Source of the DNA: Octopus vulgaris | Taxonomy: Eukaryota | Assembly (NCBI GenBank): GCA_951406725.2 | Contig: OX597842.1 | Location: 22,010,001-22,074,000, forward strand | Direction: 5' to 3' | Length of the DNA: 64,000 bases | Shown: in pieces, positions 1 to 10,674 of the stretch | Layout: every line of letters starts with the position of its first letter | Numbering within the stretch: position 1 is the stretch's first letter | Notes under the pieces: model-generated | Told to the model about the DNA's origin: nothing | Databases searched by the model: none | Seen by the model: only the letters and a program-made list of their open reading frames with translations | Program-made: the position numbers and the translations under genes

Positions 1-951
1 TTTAGAAGAGATTTCTAGTAAGAGAGATAGGTAAGTTAGGTTAAGTTAATTTTTTGGCTCAAAAAGCAAAAAGCAAGGCCATGTAGGGGGACATGGTGTT
101 ATGTACAGGGAGGGTGTTCATGCAAAGAATTCAGGCCATTTCTGGTCAAGAGAGACTTTGAACCGAGCGGTCGTCGCCATCTTCATTATCTCGTCCGGCA
201 GCTTATTCCACGGATCTGCAACCCTGACAGAGAAAGCCCCTCTCCTTCGATTGAGATGAAATCGTCGCAGATAGAGTTTGTCGGAGTGACCCCGCAGCCG
301 ACGCTCTGGTGCAGGAGTGAAGAACAGCTCTTTTGAGAGGTTACACTTTCCGCTTATGATGTTGTGAGCGAGAATGAGATCAGCACCGCGGCGGCGTTTT
401 TCTAGAGAATATAGGTCGAGCGTCTTCAGCCTTTCTTCATAAGACAAATGCTTGAGACCAAGAACCATGTGGGTAGCCAGCTTCTGGACTCTTTTGAAAT
501 GATGTATGTCTTTGAGGAGATAAGGAGAAGAGGCTTGAATCCCGCACTCCAATATGGGTTTCACCAGCGTGACATAGAGCGGTAGGAATATGGCTGCTGT
601 GAGCATTCCGAATAACCATCGAATCAAAAACAGATCTCTGCGTGCTTTGTTGGCAGCATGGACGCACTGGGCTGAAGGCGAAAAGGAAGAATCCACCAAG
701 ATACCCAGGTCCTTTACCTGGTCGTTCCTCTCCAGCAGCAGACAACCCGGCTCGAAATCAAGTTGAGTTGCAGGAGAAGAGCCAACAGGCAGATGACAGC
801 ACTTTGACACGTTCAGACACAGGTCCCATTCGTTAGACCATCTCCAAACTTGGTGGAGGCATTGACGAAGATCATCTATATCACCGCGAGGAGCGACCAG
901 TTTGACATCATTGGCAAATAGAAGTGTGTGTTGCATGAGGTCGTCAGGCAA
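1..951 (-). mobile_element. 5'-truncated CR1/L2-group LINE, C-terminal reverse transcriptase region plus 3' tail
   Basis: ORF 118..951 has LLFANDVKL (YADD-like), KDLGI, RVQKLAT...LSYEERLKTLDLYSLEKRR and FSVRVADPWNKLP motifs typical of CR1-type ORF2 C-termini. Short TAAC(C/T) repeats lie near 30-50. Confidence 0.85.
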
Positions 952-1257
952 GTCATAGTTTAGTGTGAGAAAATGTTAGTAATGCATGAGGTTGGTATGC
1001 ATAGCATGGCCCCAACAGGCATAAGAAAAGGGCAAAGAGATGTAGTCTTCCTTTTTAAAAAATATAACATTTATTACAGAGAAATAAATACAGTTAACGC
1101 AATTTTTCTCAAATATATGACAATAAAATTCTGTTCGCCAAGAGGACAATAAACGTCTGTTTGAAATTCTAATTAAAAGGGGAAATTAATCTATGTGCAT
1201 ACATAGTGTCGGAACTATGCAAATATGCTATGGAGTATGTTAAATCCCACTTCTGTT

Positions 1258-2144
1258 TGCTTCCAAAAGTTCTCCAAGCCAATCTGCTTGCAACATGCTA
1301 TGCACATTTGCATCGACTGCTTTGCTCAGAGTGATGAGGATGAGAGTGCAAACGATGAGTAAACAGTGAATATGAAAGGACCACTCTCCCCACAATAAGA
1401 TACTTTTTATCTTGTTTCACTTTCATTTTCAAAGAGCACTTGTTTGTTTTTGTTTACTTGTTAAATAAATACAGCAAGTGAAAATCAAAATCAAAATCAA
1501 AATCAAAATCGATCAACATCAATGGAAATTGTAGCTGTGATACCAGTGCCAGTGGCACATAAGAGAACCATCCGAACGTGGCCATTGCCAGCACCGCCCC
1601 GACTGGCTTCTGTGCCAGGCGCACGTAAAAAGCACCATCTAAACGTGGCCGTTTGCCAGCCTCGTCTGGCACCTGTGCCAGTGGCTCGTAAAATCACCCA
1701 CTACACCCATGGAGTGGTTGGCGTTAAGAAGGGCATCCAGCCGTAGAAACATTGCCAGATCAGACCGGGCCTGGTGCAGCCTTCTGGCTTCCCAGACCCC
1801 AGTTGCACCGTCCAACCAATGCTAGCATGGAAAGCGGACGTTAAACGACGATGATGATGATGTTATAATGAAGATTTCATACAAAGATGGTCATTGTGTC
1901 CCAGGTTAAAAGATCACAAGACAAGAAATGGCTTCCAAGAGTTCTCCAAGACAATCTGCTTGCAACATGCGATGCACATTTGCATCGACTGCTTTGCTCA
2001 GAGCGATGAGGATGAGAGTGCAAACAATGAGTAAACAGTGAATATGAAAGGACCACTCTCCTCACCATAAGATACTTTTATCTAGTTTCACTTTCATTTT
2101 CAAAGAGCATTCATTTGTTTTTTGCTTACATGTTAAATAAATAC
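1258..2144. repeat. ~215-bp direct duplication (1258-1472 and 1931-2144) bracketing an RTE-tail element
   Basis: gcttccaa..gttctccaag..caacatgc..gcacatttgcatcgactgctttgctcagag...ttaaataaatac occurs twice with few substitutions. Confidence 0.8.
1480..1862 (+). mobile_element. RTE-LINE 3' UTR fragment or RTE-tail SINE
   Basis: (AAAATC)n head, internal gcacgtaaaaagcaccatc repeats and (GAT)n tail. Matches the 3' end of the RTE copy at 21205-21662. Confidence 0.8.
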
Positions 2145-2879
2145 ATTATATCAGAATACAGTTTTTGGTAATATTATTGCTTTAAAACACATTTAAAGCA
2201 ATAAAATGTACTAAAAATAGCTAAACCATGAAAAATACAGAACTGCACCACCAGATGGTTAAGATGTTTCCTCATACAACCATTGGAAGACATTTTCAAG
2301 TAGTTTTTAACCCCTTATGTCTTCTTTATTTTCAGGATTGCCTGAAAAAGTTTTGCGAATTTGTGTTTTTTCATTTGCAAATTGTATGATTATGATTATA
2401 CAAGTAAAGAAACAAAATTGGTGCATGTTTTAAGGGCTATTTCGCTTACAGTAGTGTCCCCTTTTCCCTCTTTAGAAATTGAACCCACAGCAGTATACAG
2501 CATTGACTTCACAGATCTTGCAAACTTTGATCCCCCATTTGCTATTTTGCCAAGCATGTACTGTGGGAAACATACTCTGCCTTTGTACCTCACCCTACCC
2601 TCATAGATGGATAGGCATTTATGAGGGAATATCAGAATATGGTTTTTGGTAATAGTATTGCTTAAGAACACATAAAAAGTATAGAAAATAATGGCTAAAA
2701 CTATTATATTAACATATAAACAAAAACAAATGAGTACTCTTTGAAAATGAAAGTGAAACTAGATAAAAGTATCTTTTGGTTAGAGACTCATTTATAAGCA
2801 TTATGATGGTCTTATTTTAAATAAGGGACCAGTTTGGTTCTCCACCTACTGGCCCACTACTAGTGTCTTCAGTGTAGGT

Positions 2880-3130
2880 ATTGTGACAGTTTTTAAAATC
2901 CTGTCTCTATCTTGATACTGGAAACATGCAGGTCTCCAAAAGCTTCTTCGCTGCTCCAATCGTTTGCTATTCTGGGTAACTTGCTTATTCTCATTAATAT
3001 ATTTATAGCAGAAAATGCTTGGATTTCATCTAAGCATGTGGGAGGCCAATAACAGTTATTTCTATAGAATTGCTTATATTCTGGAAAAACTCTGACTGGG
3101 TCCAGTCTCTTCAGAAAAACAGTATACAAG
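2880..3130 (-). mobile_element. piggyBac transposase remnant
   Basis: Translation TCLDEIQAFSAINILMRISKLPRIANDWSS resembles the piggyBac/PGBD EI.AF.GI.ILMG..KLP.I.DYWS block. Short and decayed. Confidence 0.7.
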
Positions 3131-3827
3131 CTTTTGTTCCAGTTGGATAAAAATTTATTTTGTCACCATTAGAGTTATTGTGTGAATCACTTTCACTTTC
3201 AGAAACAGAAATATGCAATTCCTTGGCACAAACACTATGTTGATTTTGCTTTTGCTGAATGTAGTGATTCTTTTTCTATGTCTTCGAGCAACAAATTCTG
3301 ATTCACTACTCAACAACTTAAAACAGATATTCATCTCGCATCAGAATTAAAGATTTTCAAAACAATGAGGCACAAAAAAATGAAGCGGGGGAAAAAAAAA
3401 TCTTGGAAAATTCACAGAGGTCAGATATCACATCAAATAGTGGAACTTCATCTGTTTTTATATTCTGAGATCATATTCTGCCAAGGTTGAGATTGCCTTT
3501 CATCCTTTTGGGTGCCAACAAAATAAATACCTGTTGAACAATGGCGTTCAATGGAATCGACTAACCTACTCTTCGGTAAAATTATAAACCTGCACCCATC
3601 TGCTAAGCCATGCTGAACCAGTGAGGTTCAGAAACTGAACTCACGATTGTGGGCTTAACGCTCTAACCACTGAGCCATGTATGGCAGATACAATAATGCC
3701 TTGATATTTGAGCTAATTTCTCCCTGGAGACTGCTCCTGAAGTGAAAACTCATAAAGCAAAGCAATAATTTCCCATAGAAGCAATGTTATAAATTGTAAT
3801 TCATTCCTAGAAAAATATTTTACCTAT

Positions 3828-4200
3828 AGGCATAGGAGTGGCTGTGTGGTAAGTAGCTTGTTTATCAACGACATGGTTCCGGGTTCAGTCCCACTGCGTG
3901 GCACCTTGGGCAAGTGTCTTCTACTATAGCCCCAGATCGACCAAAGCCTTGTGAGTGGATTTTGTAGATGGAAACTGAAAGAAGCCCGTCGTATATATGT
4001 ATATGTATGTGTGTGTATGTTTGTGTGTCTGTGTTTGTCCACCCAACATTGCTTGACAACCGATGCTGGTGTGTTTACGTCCCTGTAACCTAGCAGTTCG
4101 GCAAAGGGGACTGATACAATAAGTCCTAGGGTCGACTAAAGGCAGTGCTCCAGCATGGCCACAGTCAAATGACTAAAACAAGTCAAAGAGTAAAGAGTAT
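3828..4200 (+). mobile_element. tRNA-derived CORE-type SINE
   Basis: A/B-box-like head (tggctgtgtggt...gggttcagtccc), CORE-like ccttgggcaagtg, internal (TG/TA)n and aagagta tail. Interrupts sequence that is contiguous at 10305-10325. Confidence 0.85.
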
Positions 4201-4523
4201 GAAATTTATAATACTTGTAAATAAATGACAATAAAACAACCGTAGAATGTAAAGAATATTTTATGTAAAGTCAAAAACAATGTCAAGATCATTTAGAATA
4301 GACAAAATATTATTATTATAATTGTTTTCTGAATCACTTTCATTCATGCTAGACTCACAACATCATTTGTAGAAGCAATAACCAATTCACAAGCACTCGT
4401 AGATGGACTTTTAAGTTGTTTGCTTAGAAGAAGCTTTTTTTTTTGTCCTCTATAAATTTCTCAGTAACATGGAGAAGCATTTGTTAATGGTAGTAGAAAC
4501 TTTTGCACTTCTGAATTATCAAA

Positions 4524-5296
4524 TTAACCTTTCATTACTGTATTTCTGTTGAGATGCTCTGTGTTTCTTTCAATAACTTTAGATATAACAAAGAATTTAC
4601 TAAAATAACTTAGTTATCATTCACCTAGTGTTAGGAACGAACATAAATTGTGACTAAGGTTTGGTGGAAGATTTTAATTCAAAACTTTTGGAAACAAGAC
4701 ATTTGTTACTACAGAGCCAGAGGTGGTTTCAGCCAGGTTGGTATGAAAAGGGTTAAAAATATCATGGTGACTAAGAATTGTTTCTCTATTATATATTTTA
4801 ACCCTTTTGTTACCATATTTCTGTTGAGATGCTCTGTGTTTCTTTCAATAACTTTAAATATAACAAAGAATTTAGTAAAATAACTTAGTTATCATTCAGC
4901 TAGTGTTAGGAACATAAATTGTGACTAATGTTTGGTGGAAGATTTAAATTCAAAACTTATGAAAACAAGACATTTGTTACTACAGAGCCAGAGCTGGTTT
5001 CAGCCAGGTTGGTAACAAAAGGGTTAAAAATATCATGGTGACTAAGAATTGTTTCTCTATTATATATTTTAACCCTTTTGTTACCATATTTCTGTTGAGA
5101 TGCTCTGTGTTTCTTTCAATAACTTTAAATATAACAAAGAATTTAGTAAAATAACTTAGTTATCATTCAGCTAGTGTTAGGAACATAAATTGTGACTAAT
5201 GTTTGGTGGAAGATTTTAATTCAAAACTTATGAAAACAAGGCATTTGTACTCAGAACCAGAGGTGGTTTCAGCCAGGTTGGTAACAAAAGGGTTAA
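4524..5296. mobile_element. Three tandem piggyBac-type MITEs (~271-bp period)
   Basis: Copies 4524-4756, 4798-5027 and 5069-5296 have TTAA-flanked TIRs (CCCTTTTGTTACCA...TGGTAACAAAAGGG in copies 2-3) and an identical ~41-bp spacer. Confidence 0.85.
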
Positions 5297-5299
5297 AAG

Positions 5300-5790
5300 C
5301 TTCACAAGAACTGGGGCTGGTTTTATTCCCATCACAATTCCACATCTTTGTCAGTAGGAAGTGGTACCAAATAAAAACTAACTGCTCTGAAGGATAAATT
5401 TTAAAGCTTCCATAACAAACTCCTGATTCACAAACTCTGGAAGTTCTTCTGGACAGTTTTCCAGCCAGAATTTAATTGCTTGTATTCCATATTTATATGG
5501 GATATTAGTGTCCAGGTTTATAACATTGAAGGAAGCCATGACTGCCCCTTCATCGATTGTTTCTGGTAGGTGGTTTAGCATATCAAGGTAATCTGTAATG
5601 AAGCATTTACATTTTAAAAGGGGTTTCAGTAGGATGTTGATAAAATTGCTTAAGGAGTGGGTTTCACTTGCTGGTCCAGCTAGAAGTTTTCAATCATGGG
5701 GTACTTGGACATTAATGTATATGTCAGGTGATTGTTTGCAGGCTTTGTTAATTATCTGGATCTCATGGATTTTTGGTAATTCAAAGTTTA
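5300..5790 (-). mobile_element. Penelope-like element reverse transcriptase fragment
   Basis: Translation gives LPKIH..., AGPASETHSLSNFINILLKPLL and MASFNVINLDTNIP..G.QAI, matching the PLE RT motifs (PKIHK; SFDV.SLYTNIP). Disrupted. Confidence 0.75.
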
Positions 5791-5811
5791 CATTCAGAAT
5801 TTGTGATATAA

Positions 5812-7215
5812 TCAATATGCCATTTCACCTGTGTGAGTACGTTTGTGACGAGTTAAGTTATAAATTCGAGAGAAAGATTTACCACAGATTTCACAGTGAT
5901 ATGGCTTTTCTCCTGTATGAACACGCATATGCTTAGGTAACTGTTCATTTTGAGAGAATGATTTACCACAGATTTCACAGTGATATGGCTTCTCACCTGT
6001 ATGAATGCGTTTGTGCTTAGTTAAGTGATTATCTTGAGAGAAGGATTTACCACAGATATCACAGTGATACGGCTTATCTCCTGTATGAACACGCTTATGG
6101 CTAGATAAGTAATCGTTTCGAGAGAAGGATTTACCACAGATTTCACAGTGATATGGCTTCACACTTGAATGAACATGTTTGTGAACAGCTAAATTGGGTC
6201 CGTGAGAGAATGATTTACCACAGATATCGCACTGATATGGCTTCTCTCCTGTGTGAATACGTATGTGATTAGTTAAGTTTATATCTTCACAGAATGATTT
6301 ACCACAAATATAACAGTGATATGGTTTCACTCCTGTATGAATGCGTTTGTGATTAACCAAGTCATTATTTTGAGAGAATGATTTACCACAGAATTCACAG
6401 TTATATAGTTCTTCTCCTGTGTGAACAACACACTTGTGAATACTTAAGGGACTAGTTTCAGAGAATGATTTTCCACAGATATCACACTGATATGGCTTCT
6501 CTCCTGTATGAATGCGTCTGTGCCTAGTCAAACCATTATTTTGAGTGAATGTTTTACCACAAATATCACAGTGATATGGCTTCTCTCCTGTATGAATACG
6601 TCTGTGCCTAGTCAAGCCATTATTTCGAGAGAATGATGTACCACAGATTTCACAGCGGTATGGTCTTTCTCCTGTGTGAACATTACGCTTGTGGATAGGC
6701 ACAGAACTAGTCTGAGCGAAGGACTTACCACAGATATCACAATGATATGGCTTCTCTCCTGTATGAATGCGTCTGTGCCTAGCCAAGACATGATTTCGAA
6801 AGAACGATCTACCACAGGTATCACAGTGATATGGCATTTCACCTGTATGAACGCATCTGTGCTTAGTCAGGTCATTACCTTGTGAGAATGATTTACCACA
6901 GATTTCACAGCAATATGGTTTTTCTCCTGTGTGAACATTACGCTTGTGAATAATTATAGAACCAGTCTGGGAGAAGGACTTACCACAGATATCACAATGA
7001 TATGGCTTCTCTCCTGTATGAATGCGTTTGTGAATGAGTAAGCTAGCTTTCCTAGAGAAGAATTTACCACAAATATCACAATCATATAATATTTTGCCCT
7101 TTTCATTGTTTACATCATCAGAAAAATCAGTTCTTTCACAAAATTCCTTTTCCATGATTTTCCTTTCTCTCGTCACAGTACACAAATGTTTTCCTTCTTC
7201 TCGTATATTGCTCAT
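5812..7215 (-). CDS. C2H2 zinc-finger protein ZNF1 (15 fingers), intact
   Basis: Open frame 5812..7281 with 15 CxxC-x12-HxxxH repeats and TGEKPY linkers. First ATG at 7215; ATG conserved across paralogs at 7155. Confidence 0.9.
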   Translation of the reverse strand: MSNIREEGKHLCTVTRERKIMEKEFCERTDFSDDVNNEKGKILYDCDICGKFFSRKASLLIHKRIHTGEKPYHCDICGKSFSQTGSIIIHKRNVHTGEKPYCCEICGKSFSQGNDLTKHRCVHTGEMPYHCDTCGRSFFRNHVLARHRRIHTGEKPYHCDICGKSFAQTSSVPIHKRNVHTGERPYRCEICGTSFSRNNGLTRHRRIHTGEKPYHCDICGKTFTQNNGLTRHRRIHTGEKPYQCDICGKSFSETSPLSIHKCVVHTGEELYNCEFCGKSFSQNNDLVNHKRIHTGVKPYHCYICGKSFCEDINLTNHIRIHTGEKPYQCDICGKSFSHGPNLAVHKHVHSSVKPYHCEICGKSFSRNDYLSSHKRVHTGDKPYHCDICGKSFSQDNHLTKHKRIHTGEKPYHCEICGKSFSQNEQLPKHMRVHTGEKPYHCEICGKSFSRIYNLTRHKRTHTGEMAY

Positions 7216-7299
7216 ATCAAATATTTCTACTGATATATCTCCATCAAAAGTGATCTTTGTTAATATCTCAAGATGCTGCAAACTGCCTTCTTAATTACT

Positions 7300-7527
7300 T
7301 TAACTCATTAACACGCAGATTACTCTGTCAAATCTAATGATTATTTATTCAAATTCTTCTGAATTAATCATTCATTATCTTATTGCTTTAAGATTTCAAT
7401 GATGTGATTGTTTATGTTTAGAATGACATTGCAGGGTGAGTGGAAGAGGCCAGATGTGGGCAGTTTTAACGTAAAATAGCTTGAACGTTTGGGACTGATA
7501 TGGCCAGGTTTAAGGCTAAACGATTAA
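7300..7527. mobile_element. TTAA-flanked MITE within the inferred 5' UTR of ZNF1 (homologous copies upstream of every paralog, doubled in ZNF3-7)
   Basis: ttaactcattaac...gctaaacgattaa imperfect terminal inverted repeats. Homologs at ~13395-13619, 24945-25325, 36253-36633, 42480-42860, 51139-51507 and 59130-59511. Confidence 0.6.
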
Positions 7528-7752
7528 TTAATATGCAAATATAATTTTCTGTGTATCCCAGACAATAAAGAAGAGAAATTTTGCTACATATGTCAGAGTT
7601 CAGAAGATATATTTTGCAGTAATTCAGTAAATATTTATAGAAACAGGGTTATACGTGTTTTGTATAACATCTTTGCTCAGTCTTCAAAAGACTTTCCATT
7701 CTAATGACGTTTCTTATGTAAAAATCCTGTGAAGCAGATGTCATCTGATAAT

Positions 7753-7775
7753 CTGAAACGAAAGAGAAACAACAG
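7753..7775 (-). promoter_or_regulatory. Putative splice acceptor of the ZNF1 coding exon
   Basis: Minus strand reads gttgtttctctttcgtttcAG. Conserved at 13843, 25553, 36861, 43088 and 59739. Confidence 0.65.
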
Positions 7776-8481
7776 TGTAAAACATACAAGATAATTAGGA
7801 ATTAGAGAGATTAAAGCAGTGAAAGTTTTACTACATCTTTTTATAGGCGCAAGAGTGGTTGTGTGGTAAGTAGCTTGTTATAATTGATTTTTGTTAGCCC
7901 TTGTGGCCAATAAACGAATTAATTATTATTATTATTATTATCATCTTTTAAGTGTTTCTGTCATTAGACTGCCACCACGCTGGGGAATCTCCTTGAAGAA
8001 TCTGTAGTGAGATTGGATCGACCCGAGAAGTTGTTTTTGTTTTTTATGCCTGGAACTCATTCTATCAGTCTACTGCCGAAAGTTCCAGGGATGTAAATAT
8101 ACCAACACCGTTTGTTAAGCGCGAATGGGAGGGGAAGAAACACTAACACAAAGATACACATACATACTGAGACAAATCTAGAATTTCTTTAAAAATTTTA
8201 ACTTTCATGTGTACGAGCCCACCAAATTTATATTTTCATATTAAATTCCGATAGAATTCTAATATACACATTCTGAATGGTATTTATAGCAAATTTCATA
8301 AAAACGTATTTTTCTATAAATAACTTAATTTTCATAATTTCAGCAGGTTTACAAATAGCATTTATGATCGGGAAAATGTAAAGAAATCTTGAATATTGTT
8401 AAGATTTCCCACCAAAACAGGTTTGTACAAAGAGAAAACGAATTTTAATATAAAATAAGAAGAAATTATTACTTCACTCAC

Positions 8482-8591
8482 AATTTAATCTCACTCGTTA
8501 TCTTCGAAATAGTCCTTTCCCCTTCACTTATGATACAAAAGTAGAATTTCATCCAGAAAAATCATTAATTTCAGACGAGATCAAAGAATAT
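8482..8591 (-). other. Putative non-coding 5' UTR exon of ZNF1
   Basis: Bounded by ...ggtgtcAG and a GTGAGT donor on the minus strand. Homologs in both upstream block types (16636-16745, ~28587-28697, ~39035-39144, ~46201-46310, ~55136-55246, ~61802-61911). Confidence 0.5.
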
Positions 8592-8928
8592 CTGACACCA
8601 GAAATATCACCGACAAAAACTTATAAAAAGGGGAATGTATAAAACATACATTGGTTTGCTTTAATTACCGAAACGAAATCCCACCGATGTCAATTTTACC
8701 TTTCATTGCTTTGGGATGAATAAAATAAAGACCCAGTCAAAACAAGAGGTCGATGGTAGATACTAAGTCCCCCAAACCACCATCAGTAGGCCTTTTAATA
8801 AAAACTTTGCTCCTAGAAGATAACTGAAGAAATAATTATATCAAGGAGAATAGCTTGTACGAGCGACTGACCAAACTCTACTTTACCACCTTCAGAAAAT
8901 GCGAATGTTTTGAAACTGTTAATATTGT

Positions 8929-9048
8929 TATTACAGCCATATAATGCTGATTGCACCTTGTCTCGCCTGATCACTGAAGTGAAGCAATGCGGAGCCTGCA
9001 GGGTACTTAGATGGGTGACCGCTTGGACAACCTATGTGCCCAAAGCAT
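8929..9048 (+). pseudogene. 5S rRNA pseudogene
   Basis: tacagccat...gcacc..tctcgcctgatcactgaagtgaagcaa...gtacttagatgggtgaccgcttgg aligns by eye along ~119 nt of metazoan 5S rRNA, with many substitutions. Confidence 0.8.
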
Positions 9049-9063
9049 CTAATGTATTTTGCA

Positions 9064-9480
9064 GGGCGGCGAGCTGGCAGGATCGTTAGCACGCCGGACG
9101 AAATGCTAACCGCTATTTCGACCGTCGCTACGTTCGTAGTGAATGCGGGAGATTAGAATTAAGACACGTACCTTCTCTTCGTTGACCCATATCTGTCCGA
9201 TGGTAATGTACCCTTCCACGTGGCCCGTCACGAAACGCTAAAAATAGCAGCTGCTATCCCTCACCTGGTCGAAGCACTGACACGTCCTGCACTCACAACT
9301 TCCCCGATCGAAAAGGGCGCAATCGCCCCAACCCTGTACGCACCCATCCTCTTCCGGTCATCTTCCTAGCCGCTGACGTCATCCCACAGTTCCCAGTTCA
9401 AATTCCACCACGGTCGATTGTGCCTTTCATCGTTTCAGGGTCGATAAAATAAGTACCAGTTGACTAAACCCCATCCCCTA
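9064..9480 (+). mobile_element. tRNA-derived SINE split into head (9064-9135) and tail (~9388-9480)
   Basis: Both halves match the contiguous reverse-strand copy at 17068-17282 (ggcggcgagctggcag..cgttagcacgccgg...gttc|tgagttcaaattccgccgaggtcgac...). Confidence 0.7.
9200..9385 (-). promoter_or_regulatory. Putative promoter/first exon, type A
   Basis: CpG-rich patch with ETS-type CCGGAAG (9351-9357) and palindromic CRE TGACGTCA (9374-9381). Minus-strand donors GTGAGT (9291-9296) and CAG|GTGAG (9260-9267). Confidence 0.55.
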
Positions 9481-9689
9481 GAAGAAGGATATTTTTAGTA
9501 AGAGGGATGGTTTAGTGTGAGAAAATGTTAGTAATTGTAGAAAATGTTAGTAATTGTAGAAAATGTGGCTGCATTTCACTTTCACCCTTTAACATTGTTC
9601 AATGTAATGAAGATGAATGGAAATTGAACTCACGATTGAGCCATGCACCTTCAAATATATATGAGAAGTTACACAGCTTCATATATATA

Positions 9690-10041
9690 CTAGAAGTATC
9701 GCCCAGCGTTGCTCGGCTTTATTTTCTTTTCGACCCTTTAGAATTGGAATTTTCGAAAAGTAAAAATCTTGCATTATGTAGCTTGCTATTCTCTTTAAGT
9801 CAAAGAATCGTAAAAATTAGGGATTCTCATAGTAAAAAAAGCACCATTCTGATCTAAATAATTTTTGGTGTTGTCATGGTGCGATTTGAATTTTTTCTTC
9901 TACGGAAGGAAGGGCAAGCTTTCTTTTATCATACTCTCAATTTTGGTCAACATACGCCACAGTATCTCGGTAGAGATAGTGTTAGTTGAAGGCTGCAAAA
10001 CCTGACACACACACAGACAACTTCAGCTTTATATATATAGA
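9690..10041 (-). mobile_element. Non-autonomous Helitron-like element
   Basis: Minus strand starts TCTATATATATAAAG and ends with the hairpin ccgagcaacgctggg followed by CTAG|T. No TSD. Copies lie in the 3' flanks of ZNF2-7. Confidence 0.65.
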
Positions 10042-10674
10042 TATATCGTGCAATGCCACTCCCTGTAAGAAGCATTTGTGCTAGTTCATGTAAAAAGCAC
10101 ACATGCTGATCCATGTGGTTATTCAACTTACTCCTTCCCCTGAAATTGCTGGCCTTGTGCCAAAATAATGTCAGATACAATAATGCCTTCATATATGAGT
10201 TAATTTCTTCCTGGAGATTGCTCCTAAAGTGAAAACTCATAAAGCAAAGCAATAATTTCCCATAGAAGCAATGTTATAAATTGTAATTCAATCCCAGAAA
10301 AATATTTTACCAATAAAATTTATAATACTTGTAAATAAATGACAATAAAACAACAGTAGAATGTAAAGAATATTTTATGTAAAGTCAAAAACAATGTCAA
10401 GATCATTTAGAATAGATAAAATATTATTATTATAATTGTTTTCTGAATCGCTTTGAAAAGACTCAGGGACACCATCATTTGTAGACGTGACAACTGATTC
10501 ACAAGAAACAAGTCTAGAGTTGTTTACTGAGAAGAATTCCTTTGCTTTTTATAAACTTCTTGGTAAGACACAGATGCATTTGTTATGGTAGTAGAAACTT
10601 TCAAAATTTGGATGTTGTGCTTGAAAAATAAAACTCATAAACGAAGTCTGTACCTTGGGAAATGAATCTATTCC

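Noticed and set aside
3828-3900. Possible tRNA gene
   Set aside because: A/B-box-like head continues into a SINE body; no convincing cloverleaf.
7155-7281. KRAB/SCAN/BTB/ZAD/SET effector domain upstream of the fingers
   Set aside because: Only a short acidic leader is visible; no such domain motifs in any unit.
9947-10252. ORF MLCFMSFHFRSNLQEEINSY... repeated in six units
   Set aside because: TTG start; spans a SINE remnant and the Helitron end; variable truncations. Conservation reflects recent segmental duplication.
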